Virus record (IMG/VR): IMGVR_UViG_3300042892_001069
Strand: one strand, 5' to 3'
Length of the DNA stretch: 64,000 nucleotides
Source of the DNA: a virus
Lineage: Duplodnaviria; Heunggongvirae; Uroviricota; Caudoviricetes
Of this stretch, positions 19,105-28,930 are shown piece after piece. A program made the position numbers and the translations under genes. The stretch's first letter is position 1. Each line of letters starts with the position of its first letter. The notes beneath the pieces are model-generated. The model had not been told where the DNA came from. It saw nothing but the letters and a program-made list of their open reading frames with translations, and searched no databases.

Positions 19105-22100
19105 GCCTGCGCTTCACCCCAACGTACAACAATGTTAGTAGGAATACTACCTGCGCCTGACGCACGATAAACGTTAATAGCCAACACGTCTGGACCGTTA
19201 GGGTAAGTTCCTCTACCACCTAGTGTAGTGTTGGTCAATTCTTTTAACTCACCCAATTCCAATGTTTGCGCACTTCCTGGGGCCGCAATAAACGAGAATA
19301 CAGTTTCACCTGGTTGTGCGTAAGGCGGTAAACCAAATTGGAACGTAATTGTACTCGCAGGGGCAATCGCAATAATTGACGACTGTGTAAAGTTAACACG
19401 ATAATAAGCAGTGCCACCAAACGAGCTTAGTAAACCAATACTTGCTATTTTAGTGCCCGACGGAAACTTAGTAGGGTCAACAATTTCAGTTCCTGTTGTT
19501 GCGCCGTAAGTTGAGGTTAGCGCGGCCCACGATGCTTGTGTAAAATATAGGAACGAAGTGTTAGTACCAATAACCGCAGGAGTAAATGTCACTGTGGCTG
19601 CTGCACTTATTGTACTAGTAGCTGGTCTACTCAATAGAATTGTGTAATAATTAATATTAGTAAATGTTACAGATGCAGATGGTGCTTGCGTTGCTAACAA
19701 AACGGCATTAAACGTAACAGTATAGTAGTTAACACCGGCAAACGTTCTCAATGCGCTAATAGTTTGTATTTGTGTGCCAGCGGTAAATTTACCAGCATCG
19801 TTGACAGTATTAGTAACAACTGCTGACCCAATTGGCAATGCTAGCCACGATGCTTGTGTAAAGTTTAATGACTGGACACCAGCCGCTGCCGCGCCAGTTA
19901 ATGAGAATGTCACAGTTGCTAATGCGTTGTTATTCACAACAGAACCAGCAGTCCCGGCGTTAAAGTTAAATGCGGTGGCTACTACAAATCTTACAAAACT
20001 TGTTGAACATTCAGTAACATTCCACGTACCATTAGCTTGTGCTACAGCTGACGATACAGTAATACTATCTCCAATAATGTACGGAGCATAAGTCTGTCCA
20101 ACGTTAAAATATATTGTAACTGTAGTACTATTAAATGCCTGGAGATAATAAGTTTGTAAATTACTTGTAACTGGGTTATGTGTTCTATTTGAGCCTAGGC
20201 TAGTTGTAATTGTGTAATAGCTTTGACCTGCTGCCACTGCTGGCCCGGCAACGCCAGCTACCGTAGTACCTACAGGATAATCATTACTAAAAATACTAGT
20301 ACCAACTCCAGCATTCAACGCAACCCACGAAACTTGAGTAAAATATAATGTAGTTGATGCATTTCCAGTTTTAAAGAAAGGGCTTGGCGGAATAGTAGCA
20401 GTGCCAGTGATTAACCCTAACGTAGTAGCAACCGGTGTTGGGTTTGCTGTGACCAACGAAACTGTGGTGCCTGCCGGATACTTTGTCTCAGAGGCCGCAA
20501 CACTGAAACCAGCTGATGCTCCTAAAGTATCCCAACTTGCTTTAGTTACGTAAAGTGTGCTTGATCCGATTGCTTGAGCAAACAATGCGTTACTAGGAAC
20601 TGTTGCTGTGCCTGTTAGGGCCGCAGTAGTAGTAGCTGTTGAAGTTGTTACAGTTGCGCCGCCGGCCCATGATACAGATCCACCTGGAGCTACTTGAGCA
20701 AAAGATGGCTGACCGCCTGCGGAACTACCTGCTAGCCCAGACCAAGAAATTGCGGTCGGATCAATTGGATAGTTTTGTGGATTCAATACTCCTTCAATAA
20801 CCAAACCGCCTGTACCAGTGTCTGATGTTACAGCAATTGATTTTAACAATAATTGCGCACGATTAATAAGTTCCCGTTCACCTAAATCACCAATAATTGC
20901 GTTAGATACACTTGGTGCTAGGCGAATTAAGAACGCAGTTTGTTTTGTAGTAGACGCTTGGATACCAGTAGACGCATAGTTAAACAAATATCCACGGTCT
21001 TCGTCAAAGCGGCCGTCGGTTAGCATAGCAGAGCCCCAGTGACTAATAATTGGACTAATTGTATTACTAATTAAAATTACTCCAGTGTTTACTTCGTGTA
21101 CGGTTGCTGACCCTGCTCTAAAAGTACGTTGTGCGCCTCCAACAAAGTTTACCATTGGAGAGGACCTTGTGCATCCAGTTAGTGTATTATTGGTCTTCCC
21201 GCTAAATGCGATTAGTTCGTTATCAATGTACACTATGCCAGCTTCATCTGGAAATTGTGATGCGTCCATTAACGGAATTGTTGTTTGAGTAGCAGTGATA
21301 GATTGACGTAGTTTTCCGGTTGCGCCTTCGTTAATAACTTCATAACGAACTGGCATGTTACCAGTACGCATATATGCTTCTGTATTAGTGTTACTGTTAC
21401 GAATGCGGTGAGCAAACACATAGTTACCGTCCGAACCTCTTAGCATAAAGTCAATAAATCCAGCACCGTACCATGACCATTGCATACCAATCATCTGCAT
21501 TTTAGTAATGTCTAGATTATAACCGCTTGGTCCTGTTCCATCTAAACGATCTAAGTTAAATTCACTTTGTTTAATAATTAAATCTTGAATCAAACATATT
21601 TTAGCGGCAGTTGCGTTAACTGCTCCACGATAGTCAGGAGTTACTGATAGTGATGTTTGACTTTGTACGTTTGAAACTACATGTGTCATACCTTTAATAA
21701 CAATCCTATCACCTGCTTTAACTTGATCACGGAACCGAGTGTTAACTCCAGTTAAGGTATTTCCATCTCTCGGGATACTTGCTACGCCCGATAGTTGCAA
21801 GGTACTTGATCTACGACCCACTGCTAATTCCTTTCCATCATACTCCCAGTACATACCATTCTGATCATCAAATGTTCCAGCACGGACTGTAGCACCATGC
21901 CATCCTAAAATTGACATTTGGGCTGCGGTAGTAATTGTTCCGTAAACGTTTGCCAGTGTAGTTTGTGCTTGTATTTTAAATATACGTTCAGTTAGTACGT
22001 CAACAATTGTATATTCGCCGTTATACCCCGCAGTGTCAACTCCAATAATTCTAACTCGACCACCTACCTGACATCCGTGATCTACATCATCAGTATTCAC

Positions 22101-25100
22101 CGTAATAAACGATCCAACAACTGTGCCGTCGGCCGAGATTGATTGTAAGTTATAACTTGGCGCAAATAATGCTCCGGTAGTATACATAATACCCTTACCA
22201 GATTGGTAACGAATGTATTTCTTACTCATACGAATTGCCTGTACACCGTGTTGTGGTCCACCAGTTCCTAATTGAACGCCGCCGTCATATGGTCTATGAA
22301 TAAAATAACTATCCGGGCGAGCGTAAACAACCCCTTGTAAAGTAGTGCCAGTATCAATAGTACCCACTGCTCTAGCAGTATACCGAACAGTAGTTAGCGA
22401 CGGTACTGATTCTACATAGAATGGCCCTTTAGCCAACGCATGATTAGTGCCAGTACTAGTAATATCAACTACTAGGCTTGCTCCCGGTACTAGTCCATGC
22501 GGCGCAGTAAATGATATTTGTAAAATAGCAATGGCAGCAGTACTAATTGATGTGTTGTCAGGAATTGCAGCAGTAGTAACGTCACTCAACGCCACCGCAG
22601 AATAAAAATCAATAGATGACCCTGATACCGCAGTACCACTATTTGAAACTTCAATAACATCTCCAGTTAACCCAGCACTAGTAACTGTAATAGTTAAATT
22701 GTTAGTAGGACTAGTGCCTCCAAGAGTTGTTCCTGTAACTAAAATGCGGTCGTTAACACTATAAGTACTACCAGCTAAGTTAGGAACAACTATAGTATAC
22801 AATCCGCCACTACGGGTAATGTCAAACGTTGCTCCTGTGCCAGTTGTTATATTTGTACCTGTTAATGGTGTAAATGTAGTGTCATTTGTGCCAGGAGCAC
22901 CAGCTGAGTCAAATGTTAAAATATTACCGCCGGCACTGGTCGCCGATGTAACGGTGATCGTCAAATCGTTTACTATATCAACACCGCCTAGCGCACTACC
23001 GAAAAAGGTTAATGTATCTCCAAACAAATAATCGTTTCCAGCCGCAACGATTGTTACTGCGTAACTGCCGGCGCTGGTTGCTATGTCAAAGGTTGCGCCG
23101 GCCCCAATACCATTTGTAGAATCTTGTGATAATCCAGAATATGAACGCTCGCCGATAACACTATTGCCAGATAAAATAGTTGCAGCACTGGCACGGCCAA
23201 CAATAATAACACCGGTACCCACAATAGTGTTAATTGTAACAATGCTACCTGGGCCTGCGGCTGTGCCAGTAACACCAGTTATGGTATCAATAACAAGTCC
23301 AGTTTCGGCCAGTACTGAAAAAGTTAAATCGTTTACCGAATCAACGCCGCCTAACAGACTTCCAAGAATTGTGATGGCATCGCCTGGTTGGAAGTTAGTT
23401 CCACCATTGTTAACTGTTACTGAATATGTTGCGCCAGTCCGTATTACATTAAACGTTGCGCCGACACCTAATGCGCTATCAGTTGTACTAAGCGGTACAG
23501 CAGTGTAAGTAGCAGTTACCGTAGCAACATTAAACGTTACATCATTTACTATGTCTGCGCCACCTAACGCTGATCCGTTAATTGTTATACTATCTCCCGC
23601 AACAAATAACGAGCCGGAGTTATTTACTACAACTGAATAGTTAAAACTTTCGTCTATAGCAATATTAAATCTTGCGTCAATTCCTGATCCAGTAGTGGTA
23701 CTAAACAGCACATTTGTGTATGAATTAATACTAACTACTGATGTTACTTTTAAAATTATATCGTTAGTAACATCTGCTCCACCTAAGGCTGATCCTAGAA
23801 TTTTAATTTTATTGTTGACCGCATAACCATTGCCACCGTTGACGATTTGTAAATTAGCATAAAGTCCGTCAGTTCTATCAACACTAAAAGTTGCTCCGGT
23901 GCCACTGGGCGTAATATTAGTACCTGAAATATTTGTGTAAGTTTGTGTACTTCCTGAACGAGCGGCAGTTACTGGTTGCGTTATACTAATATCCGAGCCT
24001 GAAATACTGCTTACAAATACAGCAGTACCGGTTCCGTTATCAATTGCCATGCCTTCTAAGATGCCGGTTGAATCGATTACGTTTATTACAGTATCGCCAA
24101 TATTAGTTGGAAGTCCCAAGTTAGCTGTAACTGCTATACCGCCAGGACCAACAGTTCCTGATACTTGTGTTCCTGGATTAATTCCAGTTCCAGTAAGAGG
24201 CGCTCCTAATGCTGGCAATATTCCAGCAATTGCAATTTGGTCGGTATTTATAGCGGTAATAAATTTTGTAGCAAACGAACTAGCAACGCCGTTACTTGCT
24301 ACAGAGAACGATGGGGTTCCGATACTTGCTCCGGTATAGAATGCGCCTTTACGTAGTTGACTATACGATGTAGCTAACACTTGTCCGTTAAATGTTCCCA
24401 CTTTAGCTGTGGCATAATAACTAAATGTAGTTGCAGTAGGAACCGCAACAATAATAAACGTACCTTCTGCGCGGCTGAACCCAGAAATAGTGTTTGCTAA
24501 TGATCGAATAGTAATTGGCCCACCTGCTGCAAAGCCGTGCGACCCTTGAGTTGTCACCGTTATCAGCGACTGGCCTACTCCGCCAGTGCCGGCAGATGCG
24601 TCTGTTACTACACTGAGTACAGCAGTGTCAGATCCAGGAATTTCGTATACCGACGGATACCCACGGGCAATTCCAATAGCCTGCCACTTAGTAGGTTGTA
24701 GTCCATACTCAAAGTCAGCGTCAAGCATAGACTGAGGTTGCGCAACACGCAAACGTTCAATAGCATCAGTACCAAAATCGTACGGTCTTGTTATTTGTGC
24801 TTCGCCTTCTACAAATATTTGTATATCGTCAGTTGACGAACACGTACTAGTATCGGCAACTAACTGTAATGTTGTAATGCTGTCGGTTATTTGTAAGAAT
24901 GCTGGGTAATCGAGATCACTGTCGTTGCCGTTACTATTATGTGACGCTTCAAAACTTGCGGTGGCGCCCAGTAACGGGTCACTAAAGTTGTAAATAATTT
25001 GATTAGTAGTTGCGTTAGTAATTAACAATAATTTGTCAAGTTGATACTGGCCTTGAAGTTTAATTGTAGTAACACCGTATGCTATAGCAGGAACTGCTGA

Positions 25101-26114
25101 TAATCCTGACTGAATTACTGAAATTACTATTCCAGCAAGAGTTACAATACGGTCAGTTGACCCAGATTCCCCAATAATACCGCCTAAAATTTGTCTTGGA
25201 TAAGAAACTTGTAAGGCAGTATACGCTGCCTGCGTAAAAATATAATCATTAATTAAATTGCGAATAAATGTGTGAGTGGCAATTTCAGGTGATCTATCAC
25301 CATCTACTTGCGGAACTTCGCCGTCCCAGTATCGACTGGCAAGTAGTCTAGTTTGTACATTGCCGCCATAACGCAAATCGTTAAGATAACCGTCAAGAAT
25401 ATAAGTTATATCACGTTCACATTTGACTGCGTCGTATGTATATCCAGGAAAATTATACACTGAATATATAGTAGTTGGAATAGTTGATAACCCGCCAGCA
25501 ATTACATTACTAACTGTCGTTGATACGGTTGCTACTTGGGTAACCGCGCCGGCCTCGGCTGCGCCGCCGGATATGTTTTGTGAACTAAGACTTGGGCTTT
25601 GTTGAGATGTGTACAATACTTTTGTAAGTATATAATTCCTAATTATATTCCATAGTTGAGTTTGTATTTGAACTTCAACTGGCACATTGATAACTTGAAC
25701 TACACCACTTAGATAATACTGACTTGCTACAAAATTAACACGCTCGTTACCACCGTATTGAACATCATAAATTAGTGCGTCAATTAAATAACCAACGTCT
25801 CTTTTACATTTCGCAATTTCAGTAGCTGTATAAGTGTACCCACTAAAAATACCAATGCTATTAATAACTTGATAACTGGTCCATGCTGATATTTCGTCAA
25901 TTATAAATGTTCTATTTAAAGTTAATAAAGAAACTGCATTTGGGTATACATTGTTTGCGGTATCTAAAATAATTTGTTGAGCAATATAAGCATTGGCTTC
26001 TTTCTTGATAAAAGTTTTGTTGCTTTCTAATAAAGAATACGCATTGGGATAGGCATTACTTGTGCCCGACACTCCCGGTTGAAACACGTAATTTGCTATT
26101 CTTTTCTTTGACAT
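19101..26114 (-). CDS. Giant tail fibre/baseplate-associated structural protein (2337 aa)
   Basis: T/G/S-rich; LLLITNATTNQIIYNF domain; two CxRD repeats; five GATF..Y.V..G..D.I.I.G..LGG..ND repeats; RYQSGKG lectin-like region. Confidence 0.8.
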   Translation of the reverse strand: MSKKRIANYVFQPGVSGTSNAYPNAYSLLESNKTFIKKEANAYIAQQIILDTANNVYPNAVSLLTLNRTFIIDEISAWTSYQVINSIGIFSGYTYTATEIAKCKRDVGYLIDALIYDVQYGGNERVNFVASQYYLSGVVQVINVPVEVQIQTQLWNIIRNYILTKVLYTSQQSPSLSSQNISGGAAEAGAVTQVATVSTTVSNVIAGGLSTIPTTIYSVYNFPGYTYDAVKCERDITYILDGYLNDLRYGGNVQTRLLASRYWDGEVPQVDGDRSPEIATHTFIRNLINDYIFTQAAYTALQVSYPRQILGGIIGESGSTDRIVTLAGIVISVIQSGLSAVPAIAYGVTTIKLQGQYQLDKLLLITNATTNQIIYNFSDPLLGATASFEASHNSNGNDSDLDYPAFLQITDSITTLQLVADTSTCSSTDDIQIFVEGEAQITRPYDFGTDAIERLRVAQPQSMLDADFEYGLQPTKWQAIGIARGYPSVYEIPGSDTAVLSVVTDASAGTGGVGQSLITVTTQGSHGFAAGGPITIRSLANTISGFSRAEGTFIIVAVPTATTFSYYATAKVGTFNGQVLATSYSQLRKGAFYTGASIGTPSFSVASNGVASSFATKFITAINTDQIAIAGILPALGAPLTGTGINPGTQVSGTVGPGGIAVTANLGLPTNIGDTVINVIDSTGILEGMAIDNGTGTAVFVSSISGSDISITQPVTAARSGSTQTYTNISGTNITPSGTGATFSVDRTDGLYANLQIVNGGNGYAVNNKIKILGSALGGADVTNDIILKVTSVVSINSYTNVLFSTTTGSGIDARFNIAIDESFNYSVVVNNSGSLFVAGDSITINGSALGGADIVNDVTFNVATVTATYTAVPLSTTDSALGVGATFNVIRTGATYSVTVNNGGTNFQPGDAITILGSLLGGVDSVNDLTFSVLAETGLVIDTITGVTGTAAGPGSIVTINTIVGTGVIIVGRASAATILSGNSVIGERSYSGLSQDSTNGIGAGATFDIATSAGSYAVTIVAAGNDYLFGDTLTFFGSALGGVDIVNDLTITVTSATSAGGNILTFDSAGAPGTNDTTFTPLTGTNITTGTGATFDITRSGGLYTIVVPNLAGSTYSVNDRILVTGTTLGGTSPTNNLTITVTSAGLTGDVIEVSNSGTAVSGSSIDFYSAVALSDVTTAAIPDNTSISTAAIAILQISFTAPHGLVPGASLVVDITSTGTNHALAKGPFYVESVPSLTTVRYTARAVGTIDTGTTLQGVVYARPDSYFIHRPYDGGVQLGTGGPQHGVQAIRMSKKYIRYQSGKGIMYTTGALFAPSYNLQSISADGTVVGSFITVNTDDVDHGCQVGGRVRIIGVDTAGYNGEYTIVDVLTERIFKIQAQTTLANVYGTITTAAQMSILGWHGATVRAGTFDDQNGMYWEYDGKELAVGRRSSTLQLSGVASIPRDGNTLTGVNTRFRDQVKAGDRIVIKGMTHVVSNVQSQTSLSVTPDYRGAVNATAAKICLIQDLIIKQSEFNLDRLDGTGPSGYNLDITKMQMIGMQWSWYGAGFIDFMLRGSDGNYVFAHRIRNSNTNTEAYMRTGNMPVRYEVINEGATGKLRQSITATQTTIPLMDASQFPDEAGIVYIDNELIAFSGKTNNTLTGCTRSSPMVNFVGGAQRTFRAGSATVHEVNTGVILISNTISPIISHWGSAMLTDGRFDEDRGYLFNYASTGIQASTTKQTAFLIRLAPSVSNAIIGDLGERELINRAQLLLKSIAVTSDTGTGGLVIEGVLNPQNYPIDPTAISWSGLAGSSAGGQPSFAQVAPGGSVSWAGGATVTTSTATTTAALTGTATVPSNALFAQAIGSSTLYVTKASWDTLGASAGFSVAASETKYPAGTTVSLVTANPTPVATTLGLITGTATIPPSPFFKTGNASTTLYFTQVSWVALNAGVGTSIFSNDYPVGTTVAGVAGPAVAAGQSYYTITTSLGSNRTHNPVTSNLQTYYLQAFNSTTVTIYFNVGQTYAPYIIGDSITVSSAVAQANGTWNVTECSTSFVRFVVATAFNFNAGTAGSVVNNNALATVTFSLTGAAAAGVQSLNFTQASWLALPIGSAVVTNTVNDAGKFTAGTQIQTISALRTFAGVNYYTVTFNAVLLATQAPSASVTFTNINYYTILLSRPATSTISAAATVTFTPAVIGTNTSFLYFTQASWAALTSTYGATTGTEIVDPTKFPSGTKIASIGLLSSFGGTAYYRVNFTQSSIIAIAPASTITFQFGLPPYAQPGETVFSFIAAPGSAQTLELGELKELTNTTLGGRGTYPNGPDVLAINVYRASGAGSIPTNIVVRWGEAQA

Positions 26115-26134
26115 TTATATCTCCAGTCTTATAT

Positions 26135-26572
26135 TTATGAAAGTGCTACTGCTAAAGCCGCGGCGTACGATTTAACGTTAATATTGCCGATGTATATATT
26201 AGTACTGGCTGTTAATGTGTTGAATGTTCCGTTACCGGGAGTTGTACCCCCAATATTTACGTTGTTAATTGCGCCAACTGCTCCTGAGGTAATTGCAATT
26301 GCGCCTGTTGTTGCTACTGTGATAGTGGCAGCAGAGATTGACACTGTGCCAGTACTGTTAACTGTTAGTCCAGTTAATGTTCCTAGGGTTTGTAAGCTAC
26401 TGTTAAGTACAGTACTTCCAAGGGTTGTTGTGCTTAATGCTTGTAATCCGTTAAATGATAATCCATTAGTAGTATCAATGCCGTTGGCTATTAATGCGCC
26501 GGTTGGCCCTACACTAAAGCCTGTACTGGCAAATCCCGTTTCGGATGATAAAGGTTTATAAGTTACAGTCAT
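26135..26572 (-). CDS. Small fibre-like structural protein
   Basis: SSLQTLGTLTGLTV and INNVNIGGTTPGNGTFNTL fibre motifs; C-terminal AAALAVALS. Confidence 0.7.
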   Translation of the reverse strand: MTVTYKPLSSETGFASTGFSVGPTGALIANGIDTTNGLSFNGLQALSTTTLGSTVLNSSLQTLGTLTGLTVNSTGTVSISAATITVATTGAIAITSGAVGAINNVNIGGTTPGNGTFNTLTASTNIYIGNINVKSYAAALAVALS

Positions 26573-26573
26573 A

Positions 26574-26969
26574 TTAAGCGGGCTCTATAGGATTTAATGT
26601 TTGGTAATAATTTGCACTAAAAATTAACTTGGCTGGCAACGTTACCGGATTTGCAGTTAAAATTACTTTGGAATTATTTACGGATGCTGTTAGATTTATT
26701 AAATTTCCATTACTTGCTGTTCGGCCGTAAACTGTTACAGTAGCAGATTGCGGGCTTGCTACGACTAAGCATTTGATAATTTCTTTAGAATTTGAATTAA
26801 GATCTACTGCAATGGTGTAGTCTGCACTCATAAAATCGCCAACATACCAACTATCAATAATTGTGTTAGGGTAGATTGTTACCCAAGGCCCTGCATAGGA
26901 AAAGTTGGTTCCGTTTATTAATTTTAGGGTCTTGTTTAACCCTTTTAAGAAAAAATTCGCAATATTCAT
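26574..26969 (-). CDS. Small beta-rich virion protein
   Basis: IDSW....FMSADYTI...E pattern; upstream TAAATA 26985-26990. Confidence 0.6.
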   Translation of the reverse strand: MNIANFFLKGLNKTLKLINGTNFSYAGPWVTIYPNTIIDSWYVGDFMSADYTIAVDLNSNSKEIIKCLVVASPQSATVTVYGRTASNGNLINLTASVNNSKVILTANPVTLPAKLIFSANYYQTLNPIEPA

Positions 26970-27010
26970 TGTATGCCCTTTACATATTTAGCCGAGTTAT
27001 CAGCGCAATG

Positions 27011-27586
27011 CTATTCTCGGTAGGCAAGGCCTTGAATATTGCCCGCTACTACTACTCTAGTACCGGTTGATTCCTGAGTTGGAACCATGTGATTTAACCA
27101 AGCAGGGAATATAATACCGTATCCAGTGCGGGGTTGATAGCAGTAGCACGGTGGGTCTGGGAATACTAGCGGAGCCGATGCCTCGTCGGCTGCTACATAA
27201 TACACAAAACTGAATAGATCTGGTTGGTGTGAATGGGTAATTGAATGTTGACCTTTAGCGTAACTTACTGCCCAGCAGGCAGTTATTTTAGTTTGTAACG
27301 TCATTCGAGCGTTATCTAAATACCACTGTTGTACAATAGATTCTGCTCGGTCAGCAATTGTGCGGAAAGAGGCATGATCTCTATGCATACACCAGTCAGT
27401 CATTTGTGCCTGTACTCGTAAAGTACCACCTTGCTTATCGCCTTGATCCTGAGCAATATTTAAAACATCTTGATGGATGATCTTACGACGGTGTGCCGGT
27501 AGATTATCTAAGGAAAACTCCCATAGCTTTATTGGCACTGTTAAGTCTACTAAAATTTCATTTACAATAGGAGTAATCATAGTCAT
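27011..27586 (-). CDS. 2OG-Fe(II) oxygenase-like protein
   Basis: W..SY..GQ..HSH..FSFVYYV..IIFPAWLNHMV..RVVVAGN. Confidence 0.85.
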   Translation of the reverse strand: MTMITPIVNEILVDLTVPIKLWEFSLDNLPAHRRKIIHQDVLNIAQDQGDKQGGTLRVQAQMTDWCMHRDHASFRTIADRAESIVQQWYLDNARMTLQTKITACWAVSYAKGQHSITHSHQPDLFSFVYYVAADEASAPLVFPDPPCYCYQPRTGYGIIFPAWLNHMVPTQESTGTRVVVAGNIQGLAYRE

Positions 27587-28158
27587 TCTTGTAAGGCAGT
27601 GCCTTCTATGTTACCAGCAACAACAATTCTTAGGGTTGTTGAGTTATGCGGTAATACTTGATGTGTTAACCAACCGGGGAAAATAACTCCATACCCCTGT
27701 CGAGGTTGATAAGAGTATCCAGGATGCCCAGGGAATAATAACGGAGTAGTGTTGTCGTCAACTTGTACATAGTACGAAAACGCAAACAAATCTGGGCTGT
27801 GCTCGTGCGGAATTGTTTGTTGACCAATTTCGTAACTAGCATACCAACATGCTGTAAGATTTGTAAGTAAGGTCATTCGAGCATTCATCATAAACCATTC
27901 TTGTATTACTGATTCAGCTCGATCAGATATTTTTTTAAAGATTGGATATTCTTTGTGCATACACCACTGACTCATAGTAGTGGTTCGATCAGCACGAGTT
28001 TTTTCAGGCTCTCTATGACAATGGCCTTGTTTAACAATATCTACAATTGAATTATGAATATTATTTTGAACATCGGTGCCAAGATGTTCAAGAGAAAACT
28101 CCCATATTCGAATTGGAACTTTTAGTTCAATATTAATTTCTGTTACTATTGGTTGCAT
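27583..28158 (-). CDS. 2OG-Fe(II) oxygenase-like protein, tandem paralog
   Basis: HEH..FAFSYYV..VIFPGWLTHQV..RIVVAGN. Confidence 0.85.
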   Translation of the reverse strand: MQPIVTEINIELKVPIRIWEFSLEHLGTDVQNNIHNSIVDIVKQGHCHREPEKTRADRTTTMSQWCMHKEYPIFKKISDRAESVIQEWFMMNARMTLLTNLTACWYASYEIGQQTIPHEHSPDLFAFSYYVQVDDNTTPLLFPGHPGYSYQPRQGYGVIFPGWLTHQVLPHNSTTLRIVVAGNIEGTALQE

Positions 28159-28250
28159 TAAAGTACTTATGTAGGCACCTTACAGATGTTGCGTATTATG
28201 GACGGCAGTCACATCTGTCAAATTTTAAATCACAAAAATTTAAATATAGA

Positions 28251-28859
28251 ATGAAAAATCACACAACAAGTGAATGGTCTACGCATTTTTATGTTGGACA
28301 AGTAACTGCTCACGATCAAATAGTAACCAGTTTAACCCCATTTTTAAACGATGCTACTAATTTTGGAAACCCTTGGATATACTCAAATTGTAAGTCCACG
28401 TGTCAACAAGACTCCAATGCACTTATACCATGGGATGTGTTTTATCAAGCAATACAGCCAAATATTCAGGAGTATCTTGATAGCTTAGAACCGTTATGTG
28501 AATATAAAGTCCATAGTAACGAAGTATGGATGAATTTATACGACCAGGGCGAATACCAAGAGATACACGATCATGCGTTTCCTAACAGATCGTTTTCGTG
28601 TGCGTATATGTTAGAGCTACCCCAAGAGGATAACTGCGGTGGACAACTAATTTTTGAAAATCCAAATTTTTCAATAGTACAAGCTACTGGTATAAACAGA
28701 ATTTTTAATTCATTTAGTCAAGGAAAGTTTATACCAACTATACAAGAAGGCACATTGGTAATTTTTCCAAGTTGGGCGTCGCATTATGTTTTACCTAATA
28801 AAAGTAAGTCACGCAGGATCACAGTCAGCGCCAACTTTAGTGTTGAAGGTGCGTACTAA
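28251..28859 (+). CDS. 2OG-Fe(II) oxygenase-like protein; start revised to MKNHTT
   Basis: WMNLY..YQEIHDH..EGTLVIFPSWASHYV..RITVSAN; ATG 4 nt after TAAATA. Confidence 0.87.
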   Translation: MKNHTTSEWSTHFYVGQVTAHDQIVTSLTPFLNDATNFGNPWIYSNCKSTCQQDSNALIPWDVFYQAIQPNIQEYLDSLEPLCEYKVHSNEVWMNLYDQGEYQEIHDHAFPNRSFSCAYMLELPQEDNCGGQLIFENPNFSIVQATGINRIFNSFSQGKFIPTIQEGTLVIFPSWASHYVLPNKSKSRRITVSANFSVEGAY

Positions 28860-28873
28860 GAGACTCAAAACTC

Positions 28874-28902
28874 TTGCTTCCCTGTATAAAATATGCTAAA
28901 TT
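28874..28902 (+). promoter_or_regulatory. Possible sigma70-type promoter for the enzyme operon
   Basis: TTGCTT-17 nt-TAAATT with TGn extension; AGGA before ATG 28931. Confidence 0.45.
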
Positions 28903-28930
28903 ATAGTGTATTATAATTATAGGACAATTT

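Noticed and set aside
28149-28250. N-terminal extensions in the ORF track (28149, 30838, 36461, 37227, 6817, 4592, 59081)
   Set aside because: They overlap neighbours or regulatory sequence; downstream ATGs have better SD/promoter context or match paralog starts
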